Shown: in pieces, positions 41,061 to 49,131 of the stretch | Numbering within the stretch: the first letter of the stretch is position 1 | How the letters are laid out: the number at the start of each line of letters is the position of its first letter | Assembly (NCBI GenBank): GCA_964494945.1 | Contig: CAZBTX010000001.1 | Coordinates: forward strand, 67,088-131,087 | Length of the DNA stretch: 64,000 nt | Direction: 5' to 3' | DNA from: an uncultured Candidatus Saccharibacteria bacterium | GTDB lineage: Bacteria > Patescibacteriota > Minisyncoccia > Sungbacterales > JACQCQ01 | The notes under the pieces: model-generated | What the model saw: the letters and a program-made list of their open reading frames with translations, nothing else | Databases searched by the model: none | What the model was told of the DNA's origin: nothing | Translations under genes and position numbers: made by a program

Positions 41061-42389
41061 CTAGTCCATCTGTTTCCAATCCATAGATTGGCGTACAAGT
41101 AAATCCTTGGCTTTTTGCGGTTCGGCCATCAGGTCTTCCACCACGCGCTCCATCCGCATAGATTGCGCGCCTTTTACCAAAATAACATCGCCTTCGCGGA
41201 TAATCGGCAAGATCAATGCCGCTACTTCCCGCGACATTTCCACCCAATGGATATCTAACCCCTCCAAACTTGCTTCGTCACGAATAAGAGCCGCTTTATC
41301 CCCAACCGCGATAAGAATATCAGCTACTTCGGCTACTAATTTGCCGATATCCCTGTGAGCTTCTGCTGTATACTCGCCCAATTCCGCCATATTGCCGAGT
41401 ATGGCGATACGCCGACGCGCGGGAATAATTTTTAATGTAGCGAGAGCCGCTTCTACGGCCGCGGGAGCGGCGTTATAAGTGTCATCTAAGATAATACTGC
41501 CGTTAATACCTTTGATTATTTTGGTACGTCCCGCCGGAGGCCTGTAAGCGTTAAGGGCTGATGAAATTTCAACTGAATTCATTCCCAGTGCTTTTCCCAC
41601 GGCGTATGCCGCGGCGGCCGCCATAGATTGGACTGGATTAATAGCGTCATTTAAATGAATCGGAACTACCGCGCCTTTATCAGAAATTTTAAACGTAAGC
41701 CAGCCGAGGATGGCATTTTCCGGTTCTAAATTAATCCCCACACCTTCCAGAATACCCCGCGGGAAGGTGTGGGGATTAAGATGCGCTTCTATATTTTCTA
41801 CGCGAATATCGGCATTCTGCGACGTTCCGTAAAGCAGGACGCGCGCCCGAGCCATACTCCGCATGGCGAGCACTTGCCTATCATCCGCGTTTAATATCAC
41901 AAAGCCCTTAGGATTCGTGTGTTCCACTAAAACGGCTTTTTCGGCCGCCAGCGCTTCGGGTGAATCAAAAAATTCAACATGCACCGGGATTTTCCCAACA
42001 GCCGTTACCACTCCGATGTTGGGCCTGGCCAGTTTCGTTAAATAATCAATGTCGCCGGGCCTGTCCGCGCCCATTTCCAGTATCAATATCCTTGGGTATC
42101 CCCAAAAACCCATTAAAAGAAAGGGATAGGTAAGAGAAGTCCAGAGCCAGCCAAAAATATTCTTGCGATAGTTGGACCACCCCAAGATCGTTAAGGGCAC
42201 GCCAAATTCATTGTTAAAATTCTTTTCCGGTCCCCTGACCTTGAATTTGGCGGATAGAACTGCCAGAATCGCTTCTTTGGCCGAGGTCTTGCCCACATTA
42301 CCAGTAATGGCGATAATTTTGGGACGGAAACGCCAAAGCGCCAGCTTAGCCAGAATGTATAAATAGCGCTTTAATAATTTTGTCAACAT
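41061..42389 (-). CDS. murF: UDP-N-acetylmuramoyl-tripeptide--D-alanyl-D-alanine ligase
   Basis: Mur ligase P-loop IAITGNVGKTS. Position in the dcw cluster downstream of ftsI. Confidence 0.8.
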   Translation of the reverse strand: MLTKLLKRYLYILAKLALWRFRPKIIAITGNVGKTSAKEAILAVLSAKFKVRGPEKNFNNEFGVPLTILGWSNYRKNIFGWLWTSLTYPFLLMGFWGYPRILILEMGADRPGDIDYLTKLARPNIGVVTAVGKIPVHVEFFDSPEALAAEKAVLVEHTNPKGFVILNADDRQVLAMRSMARARVLLYGTSQNADIRVENIEAHLNPHTFPRGILEGVGINLEPENAILGWLTFKISDKGAVVPIHLNDAINPVQSMAAAAAYAVGKALGMNSVEISSALNAYRPPAGRTKIIKGINGSIILDDTYNAAPAAVEAALATLKIIPARRRIAILGNMAELGEYTAEAHRDIGKLVAEVADILIAVGDKAALIRDEASLEGLDIHWVEMSREVAALILPIIREGDVILVKGAQSMRMERVVEDLMAEPQKAKDLLVRQSMDWKQMD

Positions 42390-42399
42390 TGTTTCTGGA

Positions 42400-42480
42400 A
42401 TCGTGAATTATGAACTAAGAACTATGAATTACGGGATATCACTTGCCATTATTCTTAATTCATTATTAGTAATTCTTATT
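42400..42480. repeat. AT-rich imperfect palindromic spacer (gaattatgaactaagaa ... ttcttaattcattattagtaattc)
   Basis: Seen in sequence. Confidence 0.5.
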
Positions 42481-44203
42481 TTTCGTCTGGGGGAACCTCA
42501 TAATAATTCAAAATATACTCCGCCAGGTCATGAAATGTCGGAGATAAACTGGTGGAAGCAAAATTAACGCCCTTGGGCCGATTCATCTGTATGAATATCA
42601 AAAATTTGGGGCCGAAAGCCGGCGCGTATCCCATAAATGAATGGATCACATCCGCGGAATAGCCGCGGCCGTTAGTATTAGGGACTTGAGCGGTGCCGGT
42701 CTTGCTTGCCACAAAAAATCCCTTGACTCCCGCCCGATTTTCAAACCCCTGCCGCGTTACGGAAACCAGCATCTTAGAAACGGTTTCAGATGTTTCTTTG
42801 GAAATAACTTGGCGCCTGACTTCCGGACCGAAAATTTGTTCAGCGCCGGAATCGTCAACTATCTTTTCAACAATATACGGCTTCATCAAGTTTCCGCCGT
42901 TAGCCACGGCGGATTCGGCCATTATCATCTGTAGGGGCGAGACCGCGATTCCCTGCCCGAAAGAGGCCGTGGCAAACTCAATATCGCGCCCCGTTTTTAA
43001 ATTGGAGATATTACCCATAACTTCGCCCGGCAGTTCAATCCCGGTTTTCTCGCCAAAACCGAAATTCTTTATATAATCCAAGAATTTATCATTGCCCAAT
43101 TTTTGTTCGGCAAATACCGCCCCCGTGTTCAATGACTTTTCCAAAACGCCTGTCATAGTTTGTTTGCCGTGCGCTTTCAAATCATAGTTTTTGATAGTAT
43201 ATCCCTTGATCCTAACCTCGCCGCTGTCTACATACGTTGTGTCTGGTTTTATGGCATTTTCATTGATGGCCGAGGCCATGGTAATCGGCTTCATGACGGA
43301 GCCCAGTTCATAAGTTGATTCAACGACGTGGTTAAGAAAAACGCCGACATCGGCAATTTTCCCGTAGTTATTGGGATCAAACGCGGGGCTCGCGGCCAAA
43401 GCCAAAATCTTTCCTGTCATGGGGTCCACGATCGTAATGCTCCCGTTTTCCGGCTTCCACTTTTCCATCAGAAACTTCAGTTTTTCTTCAGCTTTCCGCT
43501 GGATATTGTAATCAATGGTGAGTACAACACTTTTGCCGTCTTTGGGAGGATTTAGTATGCGCTTACTAACCATCCAGATAGAGCTCAAAGAATTATCAAT
43601 CCCTTCCCAAAGTCCGTCCTCTCCGGCCAGCTCCCGCTGGAAAAACCGCTCAATGCCGTACTGCCCGCTCTCTTTGTCGTTATCAAATTTAACGAACCCC
43701 AAAATGTGTGAAGCCAAATCACCGCCGGGATAAATACGGCGCGACTCTATTTCCAAGTAAATTCCCCTAAGACCCAGAAGACGTATTTTTAACGCCGTCT
43801 CGTCATCAACTTTCCGCGCGATAATTTCATAAGTGTCATTCAAACGCGAGAGTTTTTCTCTTATTATCTTTTCATCTAAAACCATCAGGGGCGCCAACTC
43901 TTGAGCGGCTATGGCGGGATCCTGAATATCCTTAGGAACTGCCGAAAGTGTATAAAGATTTTTATTCAAGGCTGCCGCCTGAAGATTTCCATTTTTATCT
44001 TGGAAATAAATGGCGCCGCGGCGCGGAGTCGCCAGCTCGCCATTTTGGGCTTGGCGCGCGGCGATACCTGAAAATTCGCGGTATTGCATTATCTGCAAAT
44101 AAAAAAGGCGTAAAATAACGCCGAAGCCTAAGAGCGCGAAAAACGCGAACACGAAAAAAAGCCGCCCACTAAGCATCTTGGATGTTCTAGCGCTGGCTAC
44201 CAC
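42476..44203 (-). CDS. ftsI: Penicillin-binding protein 2/3 family transpeptidase (FtsI-like)
   Basis: N-terminal TM, dimerisation and transpeptidase blocks (SxxK, SxN, KTG-like: ASKTGTAQV). Confidence 0.85.
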   Translation of the reverse strand: MVASARTSKMLSGRLFFVFAFFALLGFGVILRLFYLQIMQYREFSGIAARQAQNGELATPRRGAIYFQDKNGNLQAAALNKNLYTLSAVPKDIQDPAIAAQELAPLMVLDEKIIREKLSRLNDTYEIIARKVDDETALKIRLLGLRGIYLEIESRRIYPGGDLASHILGFVKFDNDKESGQYGIERFFQRELAGEDGLWEGIDNSLSSIWMVSKRILNPPKDGKSVVLTIDYNIQRKAEEKLKFLMEKWKPENGSITIVDPMTGKILALAASPAFDPNNYGKIADVGVFLNHVVESTYELGSVMKPITMASAINENAIKPDTTYVDSGEVRIKGYTIKNYDLKAHGKQTMTGVLEKSLNTGAVFAEQKLGNDKFLDYIKNFGFGEKTGIELPGEVMGNISNLKTGRDIEFATASFGQGIAVSPLQMIMAESAVANGGNLMKPYIVEKIVDDSGAEQIFGPEVRRQVISKETSETVSKMLVSVTRQGFENRAGVKGFFVASKTGTAQVPNTNGRGYSADVIHSFMGYAPAFGPKFLIFIQMNRPKGVNFASTSLSPTFHDLAEYILNYYEVPPDEK

Positions 44204-44239
44204 AGCTAAATTCTAATATCTAAATCCTCGGACTCAAAA

Positions 44240-44596
44240 TTAGGGGAGGGGGCGAGAAGCATCGGCAAATACAGAATCCGAGTGAATGTACGAGAGATCG
44301 GAATTTATATTCTGCATAGCTATATTCTCTGCTTTTGCCGTGATACCCGCTTCATTGCTTGGCTGATTGACACCGTTTAAAAGTAGGGCCTGATTACGGG
44401 CGAGTTCTGCTGCCTGGCTTACCACTTCTTTATTTAAACTGCTTATCCTGTATTGAGCGCCGGCTATGGCGTTGATCAGCACGGCGTATATCGCGGAAAG
44501 CACTATAAAAACCGCCAGAATAGTTAAAATAAGGCGACGAGTGTGTTTGGGATTTGCTATTGCCGTATAAGGCAGTAAAAGTGCTTTAGATGACAT
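44240..44596 (-). CDS. Cell-division protein FtsL-like (single TM plus coiled coil)
   Basis: Size, topology and position between rsmH and ftsI. Confidence 0.5.
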   Translation of the reverse strand: MSSKALLLPYTAIANPKHTRRLILTILAVFIVLSAIYAVLINAIAGAQYRISSLNKEVVSQAAELARNQALLLNGVNQPSNEAGITAKAENIAMQNINSDLSYIHSDSVFADASRPLP

Positions 44597-44601
44597 TTTA
44601 T

Positions 44602-45471
44602 TTAATTCTTTTTAAATGCTCTTAATTTAGCTGACCGGGAACGCGGATTCTCCGTTATTTCGCTGCGTGTGGCTGTTATTGGTTTAGGAGTAAGTATCTC
44701 ACCTTCTGATTTTTTCTGACTCTCTTTAAATATTTGCTTGACTACTCTGTCCTCCCCGGAATGGAAGCTGATGACCGCCAACTTGCCTCCGGGTTTCAAA
44801 GTTTTTATGGCCTCTAAGATACCTTTCTCCGCGTTACCCAGTTCGTCATTCACCGCGATACGCAGGGCCTGGAATATCCTCGTTGCCGGATGAATGCGCC
44901 CTCGCGGTAATATTTTTTCTATCAACGCCGCCAGTTCTTTTGTGGTTTTGATAGCACGATGTCTGCGCTCTTTAACAACTGCTTCGGCAACTCTTCTAGC
45001 TTTCCGTTCTTCGCCGTATGTTTTGAAGATTCGTTCAAGCTCACTTAGCGGCGCGTGATTTATGATGGCTTCGGCTGTTAGTTCTTCATCCTCGGGGTTA
45101 TACCGCATATCCAGCGGCTCATCTCTTTGAAATGAAAATCCTCTGTCGGAAGCCAGATGATAGGAGCTCGTGCCGAGGTCGAAAAGGATTGATGAGGGAT
45201 GGAGCACCCCATTCTCCTTTGCAAGAATCGCTATGTTCGCAAAATTGCCACGAGCCACCATCATCCGGTCTCCGAATTTTTTTAAACGTTCTTTGGTGCC
45301 AGCTAAAATTGATGGGTCTCTATCAATGCCGAGAAGTCGTCCCTTGGGAGCAATACGCTCCAGTAGGACTTCGGCGTGCCCACCGCCGTTGACTGTCGCG
45401 TCAATTACGTCCTCATTTGCTTCTGGGTTCAGATAATGCAGTACTTCTTGTAAAAGAACGGGAGTGTGCAC
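44602..45471 (-). CDS. rsmH: 16S rRNA (cytosine1402-N4)-methyltransferase RsmH (MraW)
   Basis: MHTPVLLQEVLHYLNP ... DATVNGGGHA SAM-methyltransferase N-terminus typical of MraW. Confidence 0.9.
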   Translation of the reverse strand: MHTPVLLQEVLHYLNPEANEDVIDATVNGGGHAEVLLERIAPKGRLLGIDRDPSILAGTKERLKKFGDRMMVARGNFANIAILAKENGVLHPSSILFDLGTSSYHLASDRGFSFQRDEPLDMRYNPEDEELTAEAIINHAPLSELERIFKTYGEERKARRVAEAVVKERRHRAIKTTKELAALIEKILPRGRIHPATRIFQALRIAVNDELGNAEKGILEAIKTLKPGGKLAVISFHSGEDRVVKQIFKESQKKSEGEILTPKPITATRSEITENPRSRSAKLRAFKKN

Positions 45472-45474
45472 AGT

Positions 45475-45558
45475 TTAATCAGTTACGCTTCGCTACAGTT
45501 TAATCAGTTAATCAGTTTCTAATCTAACTCGTTAAACTCATTAAACTGATTAAACTCA
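45475..45558. repeat. AT-rich palindromic spacer (tttaatcagtt ... aactgattaaa words)
   Basis: Seen in sequence. Confidence 0.5.
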
Positions 45559-45993
45559 TTAACTACTCCCCAGCTCGCCTAATCGCTCCGCGATTTCTTG
45601 TGTGTTCTCACCTATTTTGGCTTTGTGCTCCTGCCATCTCTGGTCACTCCATATCTCAACCCGGTCATAGAGCCCCACGACGACCGCCTGATTTTTAATA
45701 TCCGCGTGACCCCTAAGGTATTCGGGAATTAAGATACGGCCCTGCGAATCAATCTCGGCATCCGAGGCCCCGCCCAGCATATGCCGTGAGAAAGCCCGTG
45801 AATCGGCTTGGGTGATCGGCAGCTTTGCGATTTTTTCCGCGAGTTTCGCCCACTCTTCGGCCGGGAAAAGATAGAGGTGCGGGTCAATACCACGCGTTAC
45901 CACCACCCCTTCTTGAAGCAATTTGCGAAATTTGGCCGGGATTGCCATTCGCCCTTTGTTATCTACCGAATGTGCGTATTCGCCAATAAACAT
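45559..45993 (-). CDS. mraZ: Transcriptional regulator MraZ
   Basis: Duplicated DxxxR-type halves (HSVDNKGRMAIPAKFR ... DSQGRILIPEYLR). Confidence 0.9.
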   Translation of the reverse strand: MFIGEYAHSVDNKGRMAIPAKFRKLLQEGVVVTRGIDPHLYLFPAEEWAKLAEKIAKLPITQADSRAFSRHMLGGASDAEIDSQGRILIPEYLRGHADIKNQAVVVGLYDRVEIWSDQRWQEHKAKIGENTQEIAERLGELGSS

Positions 45994-45999
45994 AAGGGC

Positions 46000-46058
46000 T
46001 TATCCACAGATTTACTTATTTATCCCCACCTTTATCCACAATTCACCACTTATTCCCA
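46000..46058 (+). promoter_or_regulatory. Cluster of DnaA-box-like 9-mers. Two are perfect (TTATCCACA at 46000 and 46032). The others are TTATCCCCA at 46020 and TTATTCCCA at 46050. All are direct, in the mraZ upstream region.
   Basis: Seen in sequence. Consensus DnaA box TTATNCACA is established knowledge. Confidence 0.5.
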
Positions 46059-46177
46059 GTATTATGTTTCACTCCCCCATTGTCAAACATTTCACGCTGA
46101 ATTCTGATAAAAACAAAAAATGGCTTAATTGAGCCAATTTTTATAAAAACTCTATTGACTAATTCACAGGTTTTCCA

Positions 46178-46317
46178 CCCCGTTAGAAGTCCGCTTTCAC
46201 TATAGGAATAACTTTCTAGTGATGAAGCCAATATTGTGCTAGGACATCTTTTTTGATTTTAAGACGCAAAAGAAAGCGGCAGCCCCGACGTGACGTGGGG
46301 GCTTACTTCTAACGGGG
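46178..46317. repeat. Element bracketed by a 13-bp inverted repeat ccccgttagaagt / acttctaacgggg. It contains the hairpin agccccgacgtgacgtgggggct (46281-46303). It is a 9/10 variant of the cccgttagag / ctctaacggg elements at 8404-8527 and around tRNA-Thr.
   Basis: Seen in sequence. Sits at the left edge of the compositional island. Confidence 0.6.
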
Positions 46318-46364
46318 TCCACTCTACTAAAACTAGCTAAGTTCAATTGACAATCTTTTATCCT

Positions 46365-46451
46365 ATGCTTAGCTATAGCCAGTTCATTTCACAACCCTCC
46401 TTCTTAGCTGGAAGTGCCGTTAGAACAACGACCTTTCCACCCTGAGGAGGA
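46365..46451 (+). promoter_or_regulatory. Leader/promoter repeat A, copy 1 (~87 bp). Contains a TTCACA/TTGACA-like hexamer, the anti-SD-like stretch ccctcct, and the SD gaggagg.
   Basis: About 85% identical to 47322-47410. Its RBS portion is also repeated at 46912-46934. Confidence 0.6.
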
Positions 46452-46459
46452 ACTCAATA

Positions 46460-46645
46460 ATGCCAATCAGTAAGAACCGTCAACAGATGATCGGCCTCCG
46501 CCGGCTGAACGCACTGCTGAGAGTTCTCAGCTCGGCTCGCAAGGCAATTCGCCACTTCCAGCAGGGCCGTGAGGCGTGGGGGCGAGCCGCTCTCGCAGAG
46601 CTGGAACGGAATCTCCAGAGCCCGAACCTACCGAAACAGAAGTGA
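46460..46645 (+). CDS. Hypothetical 61-aa basic helical protein (island ORF1, high GC)
   Basis: ORF with strong SD, preceded by repeat A. Confidence 0.4.
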   Translation: MPISKNRQQMIGLRRLNALLRVLSSARKAIRHFQQGREAWGRAALAELERNLQSPNLPKQK

Positions 46646-46658
46646 GAGGAAACCTCTA

Positions 46659-46904
46659 ATGCCCAACTTCAATGCCGGATACCGGAGAATTGCCGAGTGC
46701 ATCTTTTTCTCGGGCATCGACGAACGCCGTTTGCTTACCCTCGCGACTTATCGCAAGAGCAAGACCTTCGCTGACGTTCGAATCGCAGTCGAAAAAGCAA
46801 AAGCAAGCTGGCACCGGAGACCGTTCAGAGATGTAGAGACACGCATCAGCGATGCGATTCGCGAAGTGGTGATCCCGAACGCCGCCGCATGCAAGGAAGA
46901 TTAG
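46659..46904 (+). CDS. Hypothetical 81-aa protein (island ORF2). Start at ATG 46659 with SD gagagg; the track ORF 46569-46904 overlaps ORF1.
   Basis: Frame-consistent ATG 13 nt after the ORF1 stop. Confidence 0.4.
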   Translation: MPNFNAGYRRIAECIFFSGIDERRLLTLATYRKSKTFADVRIAVEKAKASWHRRPFRDVETRISDAIREVVIPNAAACKED

Positions 46905-46939
46905 CAACCGCACGACCTTTCCACCCTGAGGAGGATTAA

Positions 46940-47257
46940 ATGAGATTGAGAATTGAAACCGGAGGTATACCCGTCACCGGATACGAAGTTCACGCACGGC
47001 TTCGGGGAGGACGCATTGTCTTCCGTATCTGGGATGGACAGAGGAACTCCTACGCGACAGATGAGATCACGGGGGCCGACGCGTGTGGCCGCTTGATCCG
47101 GTTTGAAGGCCGGCGAAATAAGCGGCTAACTCCCGCCGAAGCATCGCGGCGCGTGCAGAATGCAAAGGAGGACGGCTTCGAGTCGCCCTTCGTGACGTCT
47201 GGTGAGCTTCGTGATCCTTGGAAACAAGAAGGTCGACAAATAAGGCGCGGCATCTAG
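46940..47257 (+). CDS. Hypothetical 105-aa protein (island ORF3)
   Basis: Preceded by the repeated RBS module gacctttccaccctgaggagga. Confidence 0.4.
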   Translation: MRLRIETGGIPVTGYEVHARLRGGRIVFRIWDGQRNSYATDEITGADACGRLIRFEGRRNKRLTPAEASRRVQNAKEDGFESPFVTSGELRDPWKQEGRQIRRGI

Positions 47258-47276
47258 AGCCGCCCACTGCAAACGG

Positions 47277-47315
47277 GAAGCCGCCCATGCAGTACGGGCG
47301 GCTTCTTCTTTTTTC
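47277..47315 (+). terminator. Intrinsic terminator, repeat B copy 1: gaagccgccc-atgcagtac-gggcggcttc plus T-tract
   Basis: 10-bp perfect stem followed by ttcttctttttt. Confidence 0.8.
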
Positions 47316-47321
47316 TAAAAT

Positions 47322-47410
47322 ATGCTTAGCTATAGCCAGTTCGTTTGACAAACCCTCCTTCTTAGTTGGAAGCGCCTCTAACCAAGAGACCTTTCCACCC
47401 TGAGAAGGAG
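47322..47410 (+). promoter_or_regulatory. Leader/promoter repeat A, copy 2 (tttgacaaaccctccttcttagttggaag ... cctgagaaggag)
   Basis: Near-identical to 46365-46451. Confidence 0.6.
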
Positions 47411-47420
47411 AAGCTGGCAG

Positions 47421-47735
47421 ATGTCATTCAATGCCCTCCAGGAGATCCGCAAGCGGCGAGCAAGACATTCATTTTTCAGGGCATCCAGAGAAGCAAGAAA
47501 GGACAGAGCGAAGGGTTATAGGGTCATCTCAATTAGTCTCTATAACCAGCAAGCCGAAGCCGTTGACTGGGCAATGAACGTCCTACGCCGCGCCGGATAC
47601 CTCAACGCGAGCCGTTCGTTCGTCATACAGACCCTCATTGAACAGTGTCTTGAGGGTAAGAGCCCGAGAGAAATAGAGCGGTTCTTCGAGGGGCGCAGGA
47701 TGAATTTGCTAAAGCCGCGCTCACGCAAGAAATAA
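47421..47735 (+). CDS. Ribbon-helix-helix (CopG/Arc-like) DNA-binding protein, 104 aa (island ORF4)
   Basis: Beta-strand YRVISISL followed by two helices (YNQQAEAVDWAMNVLRRAGY; SRSFVIQTLIEQCL). Basic flanks. Confidence 0.45.
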   Translation: MSFNALQEIRKRRARHSFFRASREARKDRAKGYRVISISLYNQQAEAVDWAMNVLRRAGYLNASRSFVIQTLIEQCLEGKSPREIERFFEGRRMNLLKPRSRKK

Positions 47736-47746
47736 AGGAGGTAGCC

Positions 47747-48055
47747 GTGAGTGAGATTGTATCGCCGTGTAACGGTCTAGCGCGATGCTTCCGCCACCAA
47801 ACTAGATGCTCACGAATCGTGCTGACATCGCGGGAAGAGTATGCCGCACGCCAGCGCCGCAAAACGAGGCGCCGTCGTCTCTGGCGCATAATCCGTGAGC
47901 ATTATCGGGTCGGCGTAAAGTGGGGGCTAGACCCCATCCCGCACCGATACCACCTACAGGCGGTTCTCCTGATGGAGCGGGTGCGTGGTGAAGAGGAGCT
48001 ACGACAGCGTTTAGTAGCCAGCGGGCACATGGCACCCGAAAAAGAAGTAAGCTAA
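47747..48055 (+). CDS. Hypothetical 102-aa Arg-rich protein (island ORF5), GTG start after AGGAGG
   Basis: ORF plus SD spacing. Confidence 0.35.
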   Translation: MSEIVSPCNGLARCFRHQTRCSRIVLTSREEYAARQRRKTRRRRLWRIIREHYRVGVKWGLDPIPHRYHLQAVLLMERVRGEEELRQRLVASGHMAPEKEVS

Positions 48056-48109
48056 TAAGACCAATCCCGCAACGAGGAGAAGTTCTTCCGCCATGAGGAG
48101 GACAAGACA

Positions 48110-48499
48110 ATGAAGGCCACGTTGATAGAGTTCCCGTACAGCGTTGATACCGGTGATGAGTGCAAGGGGCCCCGGCGCCATACAGTGAAGTGCGGTGCCA
48201 TTCTCTTCGAGGATGGCGAACATAAGGTGCTCTTCCTCCAAGGCACTTACGACAGGCAGGGTGCGTTCTTCCATGTCACTGAGATGGAAGATGGCCGCCC
48301 CAAACTTGAGGGACACCTCTGGGATTATCGTGCGCCAGACGGTCCGGTGACCTCAATCAGGGAGCTCCCCTTCACTGAGGACCAGATACGTGCAGCGCTC
48401 GCGATGCCCGAGAAGCAGGAGTTGCTCCAGAACATTGCTCGGTCAATCAAGGAGATTGCCAAGCTCTGTGGCGAAACGGTACCAAGAATGAGTTACTAG
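48110..48499 (+). CDS. Hypothetical 129-aa protein (island ORF6)
   Basis: ORF preceded by gaggagga. Confidence 0.4.
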   Translation: MKATLIEFPYSVDTGDECKGPRRHTVKCGAILFEDGEHKVLFLQGTYDRQGAFFHVTEMEDGRPKLEGHLWDYRAPDGPVTSIRELPFTEDQIRAALAMPEKQELLQNIARSIKEIAKLCGETVPRMSY

Positions 48500-48584
48500 A
48501 CCTCGGCATCTCCGAGCTCCGAATGGTCACACACGAGAACTTTCGGCGCAAGAATGCGTTAACAAGCCGCCACACTGCAAACGG

Positions 48585-48623
48585 AAGACCGCCCAGCAGT
48601 ACGGGCGGCTTCTTCATTCTCAA
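48585..48623 (+). terminator. Intrinsic terminator, repeat B copy 2: gaagaccgccc-agcagtac-gggcggcttc
   Basis: About 50 bp near-identical to 47264-47315, including the upstream cactgcaaacgg segment. Confidence 0.65.
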
Positions 48624-48666
48624 CACGTTTTCTAAAGAAATTGTTTAAGTTATTCTGGGGTTATAT

Positions 48667-49131
48667 CTATAACAAAAGATTATCAATAGTATTTATTACA
48701 TACATAGCGTCAGAATGATACTTATATACTTCCGCCAAGGTAACCGTGATTGGTTGTCCATGAGCTAAAGCATTTTTATTTTCTACGATACTATTTAATG
48801 CATCTCGATTTTGTCTTGGAATACTGCGGACAGCGGCTTTCCAGGTCGGATTAAATCTACCCAAGAGTTCCCCAATCTTTTCCGTATCTGGATTACGGAA
48901 ATTATTCCCTAAGGAACTTTTGACAAAATTACTGATTCCATTGTTTCTAATCATGGAAACCATCTCATTTACAATTGTTTCAACAACCTCTTCATAAATT
49001 CCACAAATATAAACCACTAAAAATTTAGCTAAATATGCTTGCTCTAAATGAGAGGCTGAGGTAAAACTTTTAATATCCTTAATAGCATCATCGATCTGGA
49101 GAAGAAGATTACTAGCATTAAGACTTTTCAT
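48667..49131 (-). CDS. Hypothetical 154-aa alpha-helical partner protein, overlapping the DUF262 gene by 14 nt. The C-terminal segment ENKNALAHG weakly resembles a HEPN R/KNxxxH motif.
   Basis: Translational coupling with the upstream gene. Low GC (~33%). Confidence 0.5.
   Translation of the reverse strand: MKSLNASNLLLQIDDAIKDIKSFTSASHLEQAYLAKFLVVYICGIYEEVVETIVNEMVSMIRNNGISNFVKSSLGNNFRNPDTEKIGELLGRFNPTWKAAVRSIPRQNRDALNSIVENKNALAHGQPITVTLAEVYKYHSDAMYVINTIDNLLL

Noticed and set aside
40990-41247. 85-aa minus-strand ORF overlapping the murF 3' end
   Set aside because: Out of frame within murF, with no independent support.
47050-48316. Minus-strand ORFs across the island cassette (47050-47253, 47067-47351, 47540-47728, 47635-47889, 47802-48110, 48011-48316)
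   Set aside because: They are antisense to the plus-strand ORFs, which carry SD sequences and shared leader/terminator modules. They have no SD and run through the terminators.
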